A stretch of DNA of 64,000 nucleotides from Eledone cirrhosa (taxonomy: Eukaryota), in contig OZ024749.1 of NCBI GenBank assembly GCA_964016885.1, forward strand, positions 46,872,001 through 46,936,000. The letters are read 5' to 3'. This document shows, piece by piece, positions 1 to 13,491 of this stretch. Made by a program: the position numbers and the translations under genes. How positions within the stretch are numbered: the stretch's first letter is position 1; each line of letters opens with the position of its first letter. The notes beneath the pieces were generated by a model. That model did not search any database, had not been told where the DNA came from, and saw nothing but the letters and a program-made list of their open reading frames with translations.

Positions 1-600
1 TGGTAGTAGTAGTAGTAGTAGTTGTAGTAGTAGTATAAATACACTGATGTAAATATTATGGCAGCCTTGAAACAGTAGACGAATGATCATGGCCTTCGCT
101 GCTTCGTAAAAGCAAATTATAATTTTTGAAAGCAGCGTCAAGTGTAATGTAAATTTTATGGCAGGAAAATTAAATAATGTTTCTATAATTTCGTTCAAGT
201 TTTTCATCGGTATGCCGAAAGAGCGCAGCTGTTAGTTTTTAGATTAAAAAAAAATGTTTACTTAGAATCAGAGCTAGGAGAAAAGCTAATTAAAGGCAGA
301 TCAACGAATGATATTTAAAATTTAATTTTCAGTTAGTGAGGTTTAAATGGTTCGGTCTTTTCTTTCGTTTTTTTTTTTTTTTTCATTTGTTCTCTTTTCG
401 TTTCTGCTTTCATCTTAACGTTTTCTCTTCGTCGCTTTATTTACACTAATCTAGAAATTAGTAACTCAAATGTGAAAGGAAATTAACTGCACTTTTCAGT
501 TTTCCATAATCATGTATACAAACATAAATACACATACATGCACACATAGACACACTCATGTATATATATATGTATGTATATAACTAAATATCTCTCTCTC

Positions 601-625
601 TCTATATATATATATATACATATAT

Positions 626-716
<91 letters not shown>
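601..716. repeat. (TA)n microsatellite, representative of many in the window (e.g. 826-901, 4504-4572, 5418-5511, 6456-6550, 16534-16677, 38508-38624, 49760-50061, 61160-61218)
   Basis: Directly visible dinucleotide tracts; they produce the YIYIYI ORFs. Confidence 0.97.
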
Positions 717-719
<3 letters not shown>

Positions 720-823
720 ATAATAATAAATTTGAAGACTAAAATCCAAAGAGGCTTCATAAGATCCCGTTAAGGGTGAAAGCAGCGATTATTTGCATAA
801 ACTTTAATCTGTTAATTTAATGA

Positions 824-826
<3 letters not shown>
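717..826 (+). mobile_element. Approx. 110-bp ORF-less element in (TA)n, made of the two ends of the PLE at 36944-38507
   Basis: gtaataataataaatttgaagactaaaatccaaagag matches 36944-36980. cgttaagggtgaaagcagcgattatttgcataaactttaatctgttaatttaat matches 38451-38504. (TA)n on both sides. Confidence 0.75.
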
Positions 827-903
<77 letters not shown>

Positions 904-1002
904 TGAAATTAACTAATAATATAACCAAATAATCAGGTTGCCGTTCTACTTTCACATTAAGTCTGAATGTTTGAACTTTAAATCGATAACTGCTGAATCG
1001 AT

Positions 1003-1202
1003 NNNNNNNNNNNNNNNNNNNNNNNNNNNNNNNNNNNNNNNNNNNNNNNNNNNNNNNNNNNNNNNNNNNNNNNNNNNNNNNNNNNNNNNNNNNNNNNNNN
1101 NNNNNNNNNNNNNNNNNNNNNNNNNNNNNNNNNNNNNNNNNNNNNNNNNNNNNNNNNNNNNNNNNNNNNNNNNNNNNNNNNNNNNNNNNNNNNNNNNNNN
1201 NN
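1003..1202. other. Assembly gap (200 N)
   Basis: Run of exactly 200 N, consistent with a fixed-size scaffolding gap. Confidence 0.98.
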
Positions 1203-2665
1203 TTTGATGCTTTTAATATATTAATATCTCTAAATCATAATACCTTTAAGATTTCTTATAATATATATATATATACGTGTGTATGTATAGATATTTATAT
1301 ATACTTATGTACTTCTACATGTGTACGTCTATATGATTCTAATTTTAATTTTTATTTTAATTTTAATTTTAATTTTAATATTTGGAAATTATTTAATTCT
1401 TTTTTCTTAATTCTTTATTATTCTTCTAAAGCTAATTTTTCAATGTAGATTAATAACCATTAACTGTTTTTAGTAAAATGTATCCTATTCAGGATGATTT
1501 TTAAATATTGATATTTCTTTAGACTAAATAATTAATCCCACAATAGCGATTAATAAAAAGATCGTAGTTATCTTTCCGTCTTTCAATCATAAAAAACTTT
1601 TTTATACATAACTCCGTGAATTTAATTTAATTTAAACCTTATCAATTTTAACTACTTATTTATTTACATAAAATCAACATCCCTAGTAACTTATATTTGG
1701 AACAGACACCTATTTATTATTTTTTTAATTTATTTATTTATTAATCAACATCCCTCGTAACTCAACTATCCTTTTAATAAAAAAAATACGTATGCTATTA
1801 TTAAAATATATATATATATACATAGATATTTATATATAATAAGATAAATATTTCTCCATATAAATATAGACAAATGTCTGAATATATTTCCCTAAATTAA
1901 CGTTTAAGTGGTCTTCATTTTCCTCCTTCTTTAACGATTTTAGTTTGATAATTTATATAACTTCGTTAAATTAACAATATTCTGAAAACATTCTCAATGT
2001 TGAACTTTTTTGAATCCACAAATTTTTCTAATATCACAACTTGAAAATAAAATTTCAACATCTTTCGTAACTCATATCTGTTTATATAAACAATCAATGT
2101 ATACGCAACTTATTAATATATATTTAGATATGTATATACATATAACCTATCCTAATGTAATAAGATGAACATACTTACAACCATAATTCTTCATATAATT
2201 TTATAACTCATAATATAGGTAACAAAAATATTTTCTCCAAAATTAACGTTATTCTTTTCTCTTTAAATTTTCCATAGCGTCTAAAACGTGTTTTCAGCCC
2301 TTTAATATAAACATCATTTGCATACTCATATTAATAATGTTAAATATCTGACTTTTCTTCTATCTTCCCTTCACTTTCTAGGGATAACTTGAACCATTAA
2401 GGTACATTATCATTGGTCATGTCAAATATTTATGAAACATTTTGTATTTTATCTTATGTTGGTGCTCTTGAAATATATATAATAGAATAAATATGGTTTT
2501 ATAAATATAGTTTCCATTTATTTAATATCATTGTATATTTATATATATATATATATATATAATGGTAAATAATGAAACAAAATTCCATTTCTGACTCTTA
2601 GTACGGCTGATACTTAAATGTAAGTATGTATACGTACTTACACACACACACACATATATATATAT

Positions 2666-2721
<56 letters not shown>

Positions 2722-4481
2722 ATATATATACATATATGTGTGTGTGTGTGCGTGTGGGCGTGGGTGTTTGTGTATACGTATGTATGCGTTCTGTATCCGT
2801 AATAGCATTATCTACATGTTTACAAAAATCATTATTTACATTTAACTTCATAATATCTCAATGAAGATAGCTTCCTCTTATGGAGTGTATCGATTTGTGT
2901 AACTCTACTCATTGTCACTGCTTTTTACAACCTGGAAATTACGTAAACAATTTACATCCTTCATCACTAAGAGGACATTTCAGGAAATAGAAACTTAATC
3001 CACTAATTTAGTGATCAGAATTGTGTCAGAGGATCGATACGTAATACCTGTAACGAACTATCTGCATGTTGTTCGATTGCAGGATGCTATCGAACGTTGT
3101 ACAGGCCTGTACTTACTGCTGTTTCTTGAAACTGTATAATATGTCTCCTAGAGTCAATGATTATTCTAAAAGAAGGCATATATAAACATATATTTAAAAA
3201 ACTATTGATTCTTGATTTCGCGCAATTTATCGTACATGTATTTATAATTTGCTTGATATAAATTATAGTTATTGAGACATATAACGTAATGCTAGATAAA
3301 ACTGAATGTTGAAAGAAAAACTAGTTTGTTAGATAATATCAAATGGTATTAAATGCTTCGTTTCGCTACAATATATAGTATGTTTATAAAATGACATTCA
3401 TTGAGTTCTGTGGTATAAATTATTACGTTTGGCTGGGTTTTACATAACATAAATTACCCTGTCAACTGGATGTGATCTGAAGGAAGCCGCTGTCATTAAT
3501 GAAAGACTTCACTTCACGTGAGCATCCTTTTATAATCATTTGTGATACACACACATTCAAATGCAAAAACACATTGCATTTGTATTCATAAAAAAATAGA
3601 CACACACGTGCACACAAAGACATTTACATAGCATAGAGACTTACAATTCTTACACACAAATAAATCCACATAACACATATACATTAAACAACAGAGGCGT
3701 TTTAGTTTTTCTGTGTATATGTACACACTCATCAATTCAAAATATTTTATTCATGTAATTATGGTTTTGGTTTCATTCATTCGTGTTACATAAAATCAAA
3801 GAAAACATTAATGGAACCGATGATTTGAACTGATTTTAAAATTAATAGCTAGAGTTGATTTGACTGTCATTGCTATTTTCCGCTGAGACGGATCAAACAG
3901 CAACCCAAGAAAAGTGAAAATTCAAATGCAACAAATATGGAAAATGAATAAAAATTAGATAATAAAGATGGAGAAAAAAATAACACTCTAAGGTAAAAAA
4001 GAGCAAACAGAAAGGAACACAAATTAATTTCAAATACGGACATAAATAAAAAAAAACAAAAAAAAAAACAAAAGCATGTGCATTCTGCATCCTTTCTGAA
4101 TGCTTTTTAATGTTCTATTTCTCTTTTTCGGTGATTTGGTCAGAACATAATTTTCAATATTTAGACGTAAAAATGTCATTAAGTCCATATATAGAGTATG
4201 GGATGTTATAATTTGGCCTATGATAATGTTGACAACCACATGTCATTTTGTGGGGGCACGTAGTGGGTACTGAAGACAGTGAATTACATAAATAACGTAA
4301 TGGGAGCTACATTTGAGTAATTAATTGAATAGACTAGCTTGTACAGATGGAAATAAATATATTTATTCCTGTAATATCCAATATATGAGAATATATATAA
4401 ATATAGATATATGAGAATATATATATATATATATATATATATCATACATACATATATATATGTATACACACACATAAATAT

Positions 4482-4576
<95 letters not shown>

Positions 4577-4990
4577 TTTATACTTATGTATACACTATAT
4601 ATAAATATAAACAGGAATGGTCAGTAATTCATTACCACCTGATCACCAGTAAGAAAAATGGCTCAACGTAAATACATCAGATATTTTACAGAGCCGGAAT
4701 ATAAATTACAGAATATTGAAAACTATGTTCAATACATTTTACTGCTGATAATAGTTTCTTCCAAACGAAAGTTTGGAATCATCGGAGCACTAGCAATATT
4801 TAGACATTTAATTAACCTCCTATTCCACAGAACAATAGTAAAGATACGGAGATGTTAGTGTTTGTCATTAACCGTATCATATTTAAAGAGTGAAGATAAT
4901 GTGGTAAGTATTAGTGGGTGGGACAAATATTATAAAAGAATAATACAACAATTATACAGGAATTAAAGAAGACAGTTACTCGCAAAACGA

Positions 4991-5223
4991 GGACTTTAGC
5001 GGTATACATGCAAAGGTATAGAGAGAGTACAGAGGTACTAGGCATGCACAGAATAAACAGGTAAGAAACAAGCAATGATGCTAAGCATATATATCACAGT
5101 ATGGCAAAGGTATCACATAATACAATAAAGGTATACAAGTATATTAAGCAGACAGAGACGCATCTCTGTCTGCATTATATGCTTTTATACCTGTATTGTA
5201 TTATGTGATACCTTTGCCATACT

Positions 5224-5271
<48 letters not shown>

Positions 5272-5364
5272 TAGTACCTTTGCTTGTTTCTTACCTGATT
5301 ATTCTGAATATGCCTAGTACATCTGCACTCTCACTATACGTTTGCATATGTAACGCTAATGTCC
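4991..5364. repeat. Long imperfect palindrome centred near 5160, with a (TA)n expansion in the right arm
   Basis: gcagacagaga/tctctgtctgc at the apex; atcacagtatggcaaaggtatcacataatacaata pairs with tattgtattatgtgatacctttgccatactgtgat; caggtaagaaacaagcaa pairs with ttgcttgtttcttacctg. Confidence 0.9.
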
Positions 5365-5415
5365 ATATTAGCGTCTGAAACTTTGTAACCACACAGCTCG
5401 TTTCCTTTCTTCTAG

Positions 5416-5504
<89 letters not shown>

Positions 5505-6453
5505 TATATATATGATATTTTTACAAGATGCTGTATCCCTTCCAGTACTGAAATATGATAATATCCTGTCTTAAGTTGAAACCACATACGTTGATAGTTA
5601 CTTTCCATATAGCATTTACGTAAGAAGAAGGACTGTTTACTAACATAGCTTAGATGATACCCATTTTTATATCTTCTTTATTTTAAAGCCAGATTACGCT
5701 TATAACCTTGCACATAAAGGTTGTCATAAGATGGCGAGATAGCCATACATGAAATGGCTCCACGTCATGATGTTGATCCTATACCAAGGTTAACCTTGCG
5801 ATAAAAAGACAGCACCAAAACAACGAGGATTGATGAGATTGTTCCGAATTATGACGGCTTGCATTTATCAATTGGAAGATAATGTATAGCATAATATACC
5901 TTACGTCGCCCACCGATGAGAAACAGTAACACTTTCATATAAGATGTTCAATTTATTTCACCGATATAGACTTATATAGCGGAGCAAAAACGTTGCAGCT
6001 GCAATCAAGAATTTCATTTCCTGCCCTATAGTATGATATATTATCACACACGTATTTACTTTTTCTCGTTTTTATTTCTCTTTTGTTTTTCCTTTCCTCA
6101 AGCTGGCAGTTATGTTATTTCGACATCAACACCTCTGATAATTCTTTCTAGAACTGTGTTATTCATGAATGCAGCTCGCATGACAATAAACGTTCACACA
6201 GACTCTCAAAAATATCCTCTTCATTGACAGATCATAAATAAAAAAATAATATACAAAGCTTAAAGAAGAGACGTTGAAGTCTAAAATTAATTCTATTTCG
6301 TATTTATATGTAAGGTTTGCTTTATTGTATATTGTTTGCCATTACTTCAATATATTGGTTTATCAATGTTGTGTGTATGTGTGAGTGTGTGTGTGCGTAA
6401 CTAGATAAAGAAATATTAGTTAAAGTGAATGACGGGGAGTCTTTAACAATATA

Positions 6454-6551
<98 letters not shown>

Positions 6552-9010
6552 TGTCACATACACAATCAGACAAATTCACACCCAAACACACACGCACACA
6601 CGCACACACACACACACATACTATATATATATATAAACACATATATTTATATATTGCGATTTACTGCAAACTAGACACCGATTCACGATACTGTCAGACG
6701 TTTTATGATATATTATACTTACACATATTTTCTACATATCATGTGATATTATCACAGTAATATATAAAATATTATATTAATGCCTCCGTATCAACATTAA
6801 TACATATAACGAAATTTAATTTACATTCTATAGAATCCCGACAATGACGCACTTCCTGTTGCCACTTTGAAGAAGATGCCGAATATTTGAGACTTTTAAT
6901 AAAAATATACATAATATCATCTGGAAATAGTATCTTTAAAACATTTCCTTTGTTGGTTGGAGAAAGGAATACTGTACGAAAAAAATGTTACATATATGCA
7001 GTAATTTCTTTTGTGATAAGATTTTGCTGTCTGTCTGTATACGTGTCTATATATCGGAAGAGATTCGGACACAAACACGCATAGGCACACTCACACATAT
7101 GCATACGCACTCTCACATACATATATAATTGGCTTATTTATGAAACATTGCTTATTACATATTTACTCATTAATCAATTATGAATTATTTATTCTGATGT
7201 AAAAGCATATTCGTATATTAACTATTTTCTCAAATTTTTGAAAGACCTTGGTAGTATTATAAAAGTAATAAAAGCAAAGAAAGGGATTGCGATTTCCCTC
7301 TTCCAAACTACAGAAACTACGGATGCAATAAATATTCTTCAGAGGAGCATGTTTATTTGGTTGATTTCATTTCGAATTACACCCACAACTATTGCTCATT
7401 GCTTTCCTGGTGAATGGTTAATGTTTGTTTATGATTTATTCTTTTTGTCTTTTGCTTACTTGAACCATCTTTGCTCTTCTCCTTGAAATCTGATCTGTCC
7501 GCAACGAATGTTATAACCTCTAATATATGGCTTTTCTGAAGGATATGACCTTGCTTTAACGTCTGCAATGAAATTGATGTAGATAACTTTAATACGAAGC
7601 GGTATAACCCTACTGGTGCAATTCTGTTCCGTTTTGGAATATAGATTGCTACACAGCTGCATATGGAAATGTTGAATATTATGACGAGTGTTTGTTGCTC
7701 TTGTTGTTATTGGTGGTTTCTTTTTTTCTTCTGCTACTACTCTTCACTCTTTGCTTAATATTATTGTTATATTGATGGTTTGCGCTACCAAGATATTTGG
7801 AAGTCATGGCAATGGTTGATATCTTGCAGTCAAGGAAACTGTTCCCTTGACGTTGTAACGTATGCGATATGTTTCTACATGTAATTAAAAACAGATTAGC
7901 GTTGCATTTTCTGCTTCTATCCCTTCAGAAGAATTACTCCAATTCATTTATAAGAATGAGCAATCATTTTCTTTTTTAAACTAAACATATTAATTTGAAA
8001 TCCTATCAGTGTTCAAATAATTCATGTTTACATATTTTACTTACAAATCCGAGAGGTACACACATTATTCGAATAACAAATATACTTAAATGAGTAAATT
8101 ATGCAGTTATACGTCATACACAGCAGAAGAACAATACTACATTCATCAACTGGCAATGTACATGCCCTGAGAATGGCATTATAACTTTGAATACCTTGCA
8201 AAAACAGTTACTGTCTTGTTTTTGACACTACGGTATCATCCGTATGCTAATTGATTGTTAAAAGTGTATAATCATTCCCCAATTTTCAGCTTGGCATTTG
8301 GCAAGATTTGGAAAACAAGCATAATTTAAAGGAACTTTAAATAGTAATAATAATAGATTTAATTATTTTTCGAATTTATGCCTGGAGATTTTGTACAATT
8401 CGTGGACGTGTCTTATATGAAACTGCTCCTTATGACACAAAACGCTTGCAAATTAAAAACGGCTGTTATTGCTCTTTTTGGAACCATTCCCATATATTAT
8501 GATTTTTTTGTGAATTACATTAATATTTTGAACACTATTCAGTTTTATAATTTCCACTGTGCAACTGTGTTTACGCTTGAAGCTTTGTCTGTTTATTTAA
8601 TTTTCTTATCGTCAAATTTTTAAAAGTCTGTTTTCGGACTAAAATATGATTTGACGGATACTATTGGGTTTATTAATGTTGCTTTGTATACTGCTACCTG
8701 AAATGAGGAAAACAACTATTCCTGCAACAAATGAGATAATGTTGAACTACGAATAGCAAATCAATCAGTTAACGTATAAATATATTTACCAGTTTAAAAC
8801 ACTTTTTTATACGAAATGATATCTGTGAATAGGAATAGAATTGATATCGACAGTTCTTTTGAAACATGTGGAATGTTCAGGCTATTTAGCCTGAGCATTG
8901 CACCGGAAATGTGAGTAGGTGTTTTTACTTTCGAAGATTCACTTATGAAGTCATTTTAAAGGGTGGCATACTTCTTACTGCATAATCAATTAAGCATAAC
9001 ACACTCAGCC

Positions 9011-9092
<82 letters not shown>

Positions 9093-9235
9093 TTAATCCG
9101 GGTTCAATCGGAGGTAACGACAGTAACTAAGGTACTCAATACATAGCGCATAATAATCGTTTAATATAGAAATGCTTCTACATGACTATAACTGTTTCAT
9201 TCATGCGAAATCATACATGTAGGCTTTGAAATTCC
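9093..9235 (-). mobile_element. Short PLE-end-like element with a degenerate hammerhead motif; same family as 38773-38914
   Basis: tccgggttcaatcggaggtaacgacagtaactaaggtactcaatacatagc aligns with 38784-38834. Minus strand reads ctacat-gtATGA-tttc-gcat-gaa-tGAAAc...GTC-atgtag. Abuts (TA)n(GA)n. Confidence 0.7.
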
Positions 9236-9996
9236 CCTCAAATATTATTTACACTTTTAATCGTATTTTACATACATCGGCAAATATTGTCACCATAACG
9301 AGTGGTTCAATTTTCATGGACACCTTGACTTGATTCAAATTATCCGCATTTAAATAGTTCCGATGATAATGATAATAGTGTGAGAATCATTGCAAATTGC
9401 AAAACCGGATCTTCGGCAACTTGTTCACACTTTTGCTGCCATTCTTCAGATAAACCTTGTATAATACGCAGATTAATTCTCTTCCGCCGTGAGCCTCTTC
9501 TAGCTGAAATTTGTTTGCCTTTGAAAAGAATCCAACGCATATACAGACTGCGAAAATGCATTAGTAGACATTCAAATGTAGGATGACTTTGTTGTATTAG
9601 AAATCAAAATTTTCACCAGAAGCCGAAATGTATCTGCAATATACCATAAAGTGAAACGTACTCTTGTGGAAACCATGCATTATATAGACCACGGTCGTAA
9701 TTGCCAACAATGCCTTCTATATTTTTATTTGTAAATACACACATTCTCACACTCACTCACAAAGGTATAGCACACCTTCTGAAAAGCAAGTTAAAATGAT
9801 CGATGTTGAAAGATAAAATATATGATGGAAAGAATCAACTCTCAGGAAAGAAAGAACTTTGGGGTGGAATATGAAAACTTGTGCCAACTTGTCTGAATTG
9901 AAATGTATAACCATACTGTTAAAAACATTAACTCTTGTTAATAATAATGATTACACAAATATTATTATTATTATTATTGTTATTATTATTATTATT

Positions 9997-11745
9997 GTTC
10001 TTGAGTCTCAGTCATTGATGTTAGTTAACTGGAAAGTTTGTTGAAATGAATATCAAGCCACTACCTGCAGCCTCAGATATTCAAGACGTATCGGAGGGTT
10101 CTTGCTGTTCCTAGCAAGCATGTCTTTTGAAGTCTTCCAACAAGCGGCGCTGGACTAATCTTCTTTAACCATGCCTGGAAACTCCTTGAGATAGTACCTA
10201 GTGCGCCTATGACAATTGGGATCACTTTGACTTCATGGCAGTTCCAAATCCTTTTTACATCCCACTTTAAATCCTGGTATCGGTTAATTTTCTCCCTCTC
10301 CTTCTCTTGCACTCTCGTGACGAATGGGCAGGCCACATCCACAATCAGGCACGATCTTTTTTCCTTGTCCAAAACCACCAGGTCAAGTATATTGTGTTCC
10401 AGTTTCTTGTCAGTCTGTATCCCAAAATTCCACAGCACCTTCACCTGATCGTTTTCTATCACCGACTCTGGCTTATGCTCAACCACTTCTCAGAATGAGG
10501 TAAATTGTTTACTTTGCATAGGTGCCAGTGGATCACCTTACACATCACATCATGTCTCCAGCCTTTATAGTGAGTCTGGGCTAGGTGTTTACACTCGGAT
10601 ACAATGTGAGCCACAGTCACCTCTCTCTCTCCACATATCCTGCACAGTGGGCTAACATCCTCCTTGTAAATATGGTGTTTCAGCCACTTCGTTTTGGCCT
10701 GTCTTGCGCAGCCATTAACATTCCTTCTGTAGCCTTTTTAAGGTCTCCTCTTCTCAGCCAGTTCCATGTCTGTGGATCTCTGAATTCCGTTTTCTCAAAT
10801 AATGTACTATGAAAGGATTTTTCATGAAGGTTGTTCTTTCTCCTTGTTGTTATTTCCTACTTGAACAGCCCCTGGTCTACTGTCCTCTCCTTCAGTACCA
10901 TTCTGAGCATTGGCTCCTTACTATCGGTCACGTATTTGTGTAGGTTGTTTTTCTCCATGTGAACATAGTCCTCTATGCTGATACGACCTCTTACACCTTC
11001 AGATCTCCTTAAGTAGAGTCTATTGACATCACTCCTCCTGTGGAACAAGTTGTAGATAGTCAATAGCTTCCTAGTCTTCCTATCCATTTCTTTTTGTTCG
11101 GCAACATTCCATCTCAGAATTTCCGCACTGTACCTAATAATAGACACAACTCGGGAATTTACTGCACTTATGGCATTCCTACTGTTCAGATGTGACTTTA
11201 ATACGCTCCTTACTCTGCGAATATCAATTCCTTCATTTTTTTTGTTCTTGATGTCCTCAGCGGCCAGAATACCCAAATACTTGTATCCTTCTTCAGTGTC
11301 AATTTCCTTTATCATCTCACCTGTTGGTTCCTGCATTCCGTTGCTTCTGCTCGATTTACCCCTCTTCAACACAAGGACTCTACACTTACTAACACCAAAT
11401 TGCATAATATATCATTACGGAAAATACGGAGAGTGTCAACAAGCACATCCAACTCCTTCTCACTCTTCCCGAAGAGCTTACTATCGTCCATGAAGAGGAG
11501 GCGATTGATGGTAAGGTCTCCCTTTCCAAACTTGTATCCTGCTCTCACCTTTTGCAGGATAATGGTCAGGGGCATCAGGGCAAGTAAAAACAACAGAGGG
11601 GACAGACTATCTCCCTGGAAGATACCTCTCTTGATCTTCACGCCTCCCAAGGATTCTCCAGCTGATGTTAACTCTGTTTTCCAGGAATTCATACTTTTGC
11701 TCAACGACTGTCTGATGTTATCTGCCACCTTGAATATCTCTAGGC
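9997..11745 (-). mobile_element. 5'-truncated non-LTR retrotransposon with restriction-like endonuclease (R4/Dong-type), inserted in (TAA)n
   Basis: Minus-strand frames give RT motifs KRGIFQGDSLSPLLF, LLFMDD and YKYLG, a CCHC knuckle CRICGEREVTVAHIVSEC, RHD, and an REL segment LDLVVLDK...IVDVACP...EKINRY. (ATT)n tracts lie at 9961-9996 and 11746-11816. Confidence 0.9.
10073..11745 (-). pseudogene. Disrupted RT-CCHC-REL ORF of the R4/Dong-type LINE
   Basis: Split among ORF-track pieces 11366-11839, 10857-11405 and 10073-10486 by frameshifts and stops; truncated inside the RT domain. Confidence 0.88.
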
Positions 11746-11816
<71 letters not shown>

Positions 11817-11921
11817 GTTGTTCTTTGAGTCTGAGTCATTGATGATAATTAATTGGAAAGTTTGTTGAAATGAATATCAAGCCACTACCAGCAGCCTCAT
11901 ATATTCAGGACGTATCGGAGG
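11817..11921 (-). mobile_element. Second, approx. 105-bp 3'-end copy of the same R4/Dong-type LINE
   Basis: ttgagtctgagtcattgatg...ggaaagtttgttgaaatgaatatcaagccactaccagcagcctc...gacgtatcggagg closely matches 10001-10097; (ATT)n on both sides. Confidence 0.9.
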
Positions 11922-11939
11922 TATTATTATTATTAGTAG

Positions 11940-12110
11940 TATCGGTAGAGGATCGGACGCCATGCTTTCCAGCATAGTTACGTCCCTTTACGATCTGAGT
12001 TCAAATCCCGCCGAGGTTGACTCTGCCTTTCATCCTTACGGGGTCGATAAAATAAAATACCAGTAATGCACTGCTTAATTGCTGGCCTTGTGCTTAACTA
12101 GAAACATTTA
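11940..12110 (+). mobile_element. tRNA-derived SINE with (ATT)n tail
   Basis: B-box-like gagttcaaatccc, central gcctttcatccttacggggtcgataaaataaaataccag, 3' ggccttgtg...tagaaac followed by (ATT)n. Homologous to 55118-55325 and 38625-38722. Confidence 0.8.
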
Positions 12111-13425
12111 TTATTATTATTGTTATTATTATTATTATCATTATTATTATTATTATTATTTTTTTTTTTTGTATTATTCGTATTATTTTTCTAAACGGAT
12201 AGGCGAATTAAAAACCAAAAATAGTGAATATTAAGACCCATTAGAAGAGAGACTAAAAGCGATGGCTGATAAAACGAAAAAAAAATATATATATATAAAA
12301 GAAGCGGAAACAAAAAATGAAGGCAAGTTAAATAACATCACTGATGGCAATATTGATAAGAGAATAGTGGGGTTCTATTTGAAAAGAAGTGACAGATGAA
12401 AACAGATAATGTGGTGAAAGAAATATATGCTAGATGGATGTATGTGTGTATGTCATAAATGCCGGAGAGAGCGATAGTGAAACAGAGAAAGCAAGAGAAA
12501 GATAGCGATCAGGGGAACTTTGGTATTAAATGGTTAATTAAGTTATGTCAAATGCCAGTATTAGACAGAATTCATGTGAGATTGTACATCCTTTCAATTC
12601 TAATTAAAAACAAAATACATGCCGAAAAATTTAGTTGCCACGGAAATATGATTTACAGGATGAAATGGTACTAATTATATTTGCCTTGTTTCTGTCCAGT
12701 TAAAGAGATCCAACCCTAATGAAGCTGACCTACACTAGAATAAAATTACCCCCCTCACTTCTGTTCTTGTATATCCCGTACATCCTTGTCTAAATAATCG
12801 TGTTGTGTATTTTAAAGCTGGCTCTATTTTTAATTAGAGCATTGTGTCTGACGTTCGTAACGTTTGCAATCTGAAAGAATAAAGAGGCACACCTTCCACC
12901 CAACATAAAATGAAACACACACACACATACACCGTGGCCCTCCAATACATATTCACACACAACCACACAGAACAACTCACACAAACATGAAATTGGTTTA
13001 TGGAAATATGAGGATGTTATAATACAGGAGGGGGAATGCACAGAATACACACGTGAAAATAAGGTAACAAAGGAGAGGGCGAACGAGGGAGTGAGATAGA
13101 CACCCCACTCCAGCAAATATAGGTAAATTGCATAAAAGGATGTATATCAAGAGCACATGCATAGGTAATATACATACATACGCGTAAAGTAAGTGGGTGA
13201 AACAAACGAGGGGATTAAGGGGCAGATAATTTGAGATAATGAGATGAAGAGAGTGGGGAATAAGTCTGATCTGCTGGAAAACGGTTATTTTATAAAGACG
13301 CCGGGAAAATATTCCTGAAAAATACATAGACAGATACAAATACACATACACACGCATAAATAACTAAACACACCCGAACACACATACACATACGCACACA
13401 TACACACATACACACACACACGCTC

Positions 13426-13491
<66 letters not shown>

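Noticed and set aside
5520-5950. Tc1-like WGAIS/FQQD echoes on -
   Set aside because: Needs several frameshifts and is not distinguishable from chance by eye.
8620-8715. Possible host exon on - after a ttttcctcatttcag acceptor
   Set aside because: The frames I read close quickly, there is no recognisable protein or partner exon, and RNA-seq would be needed.
9340-9720. MULE-transposase-like C-terminus on - (QQSHPTF...RI)
   Set aside because: The key RTNN/E motifs are missing, so this is insufficient.
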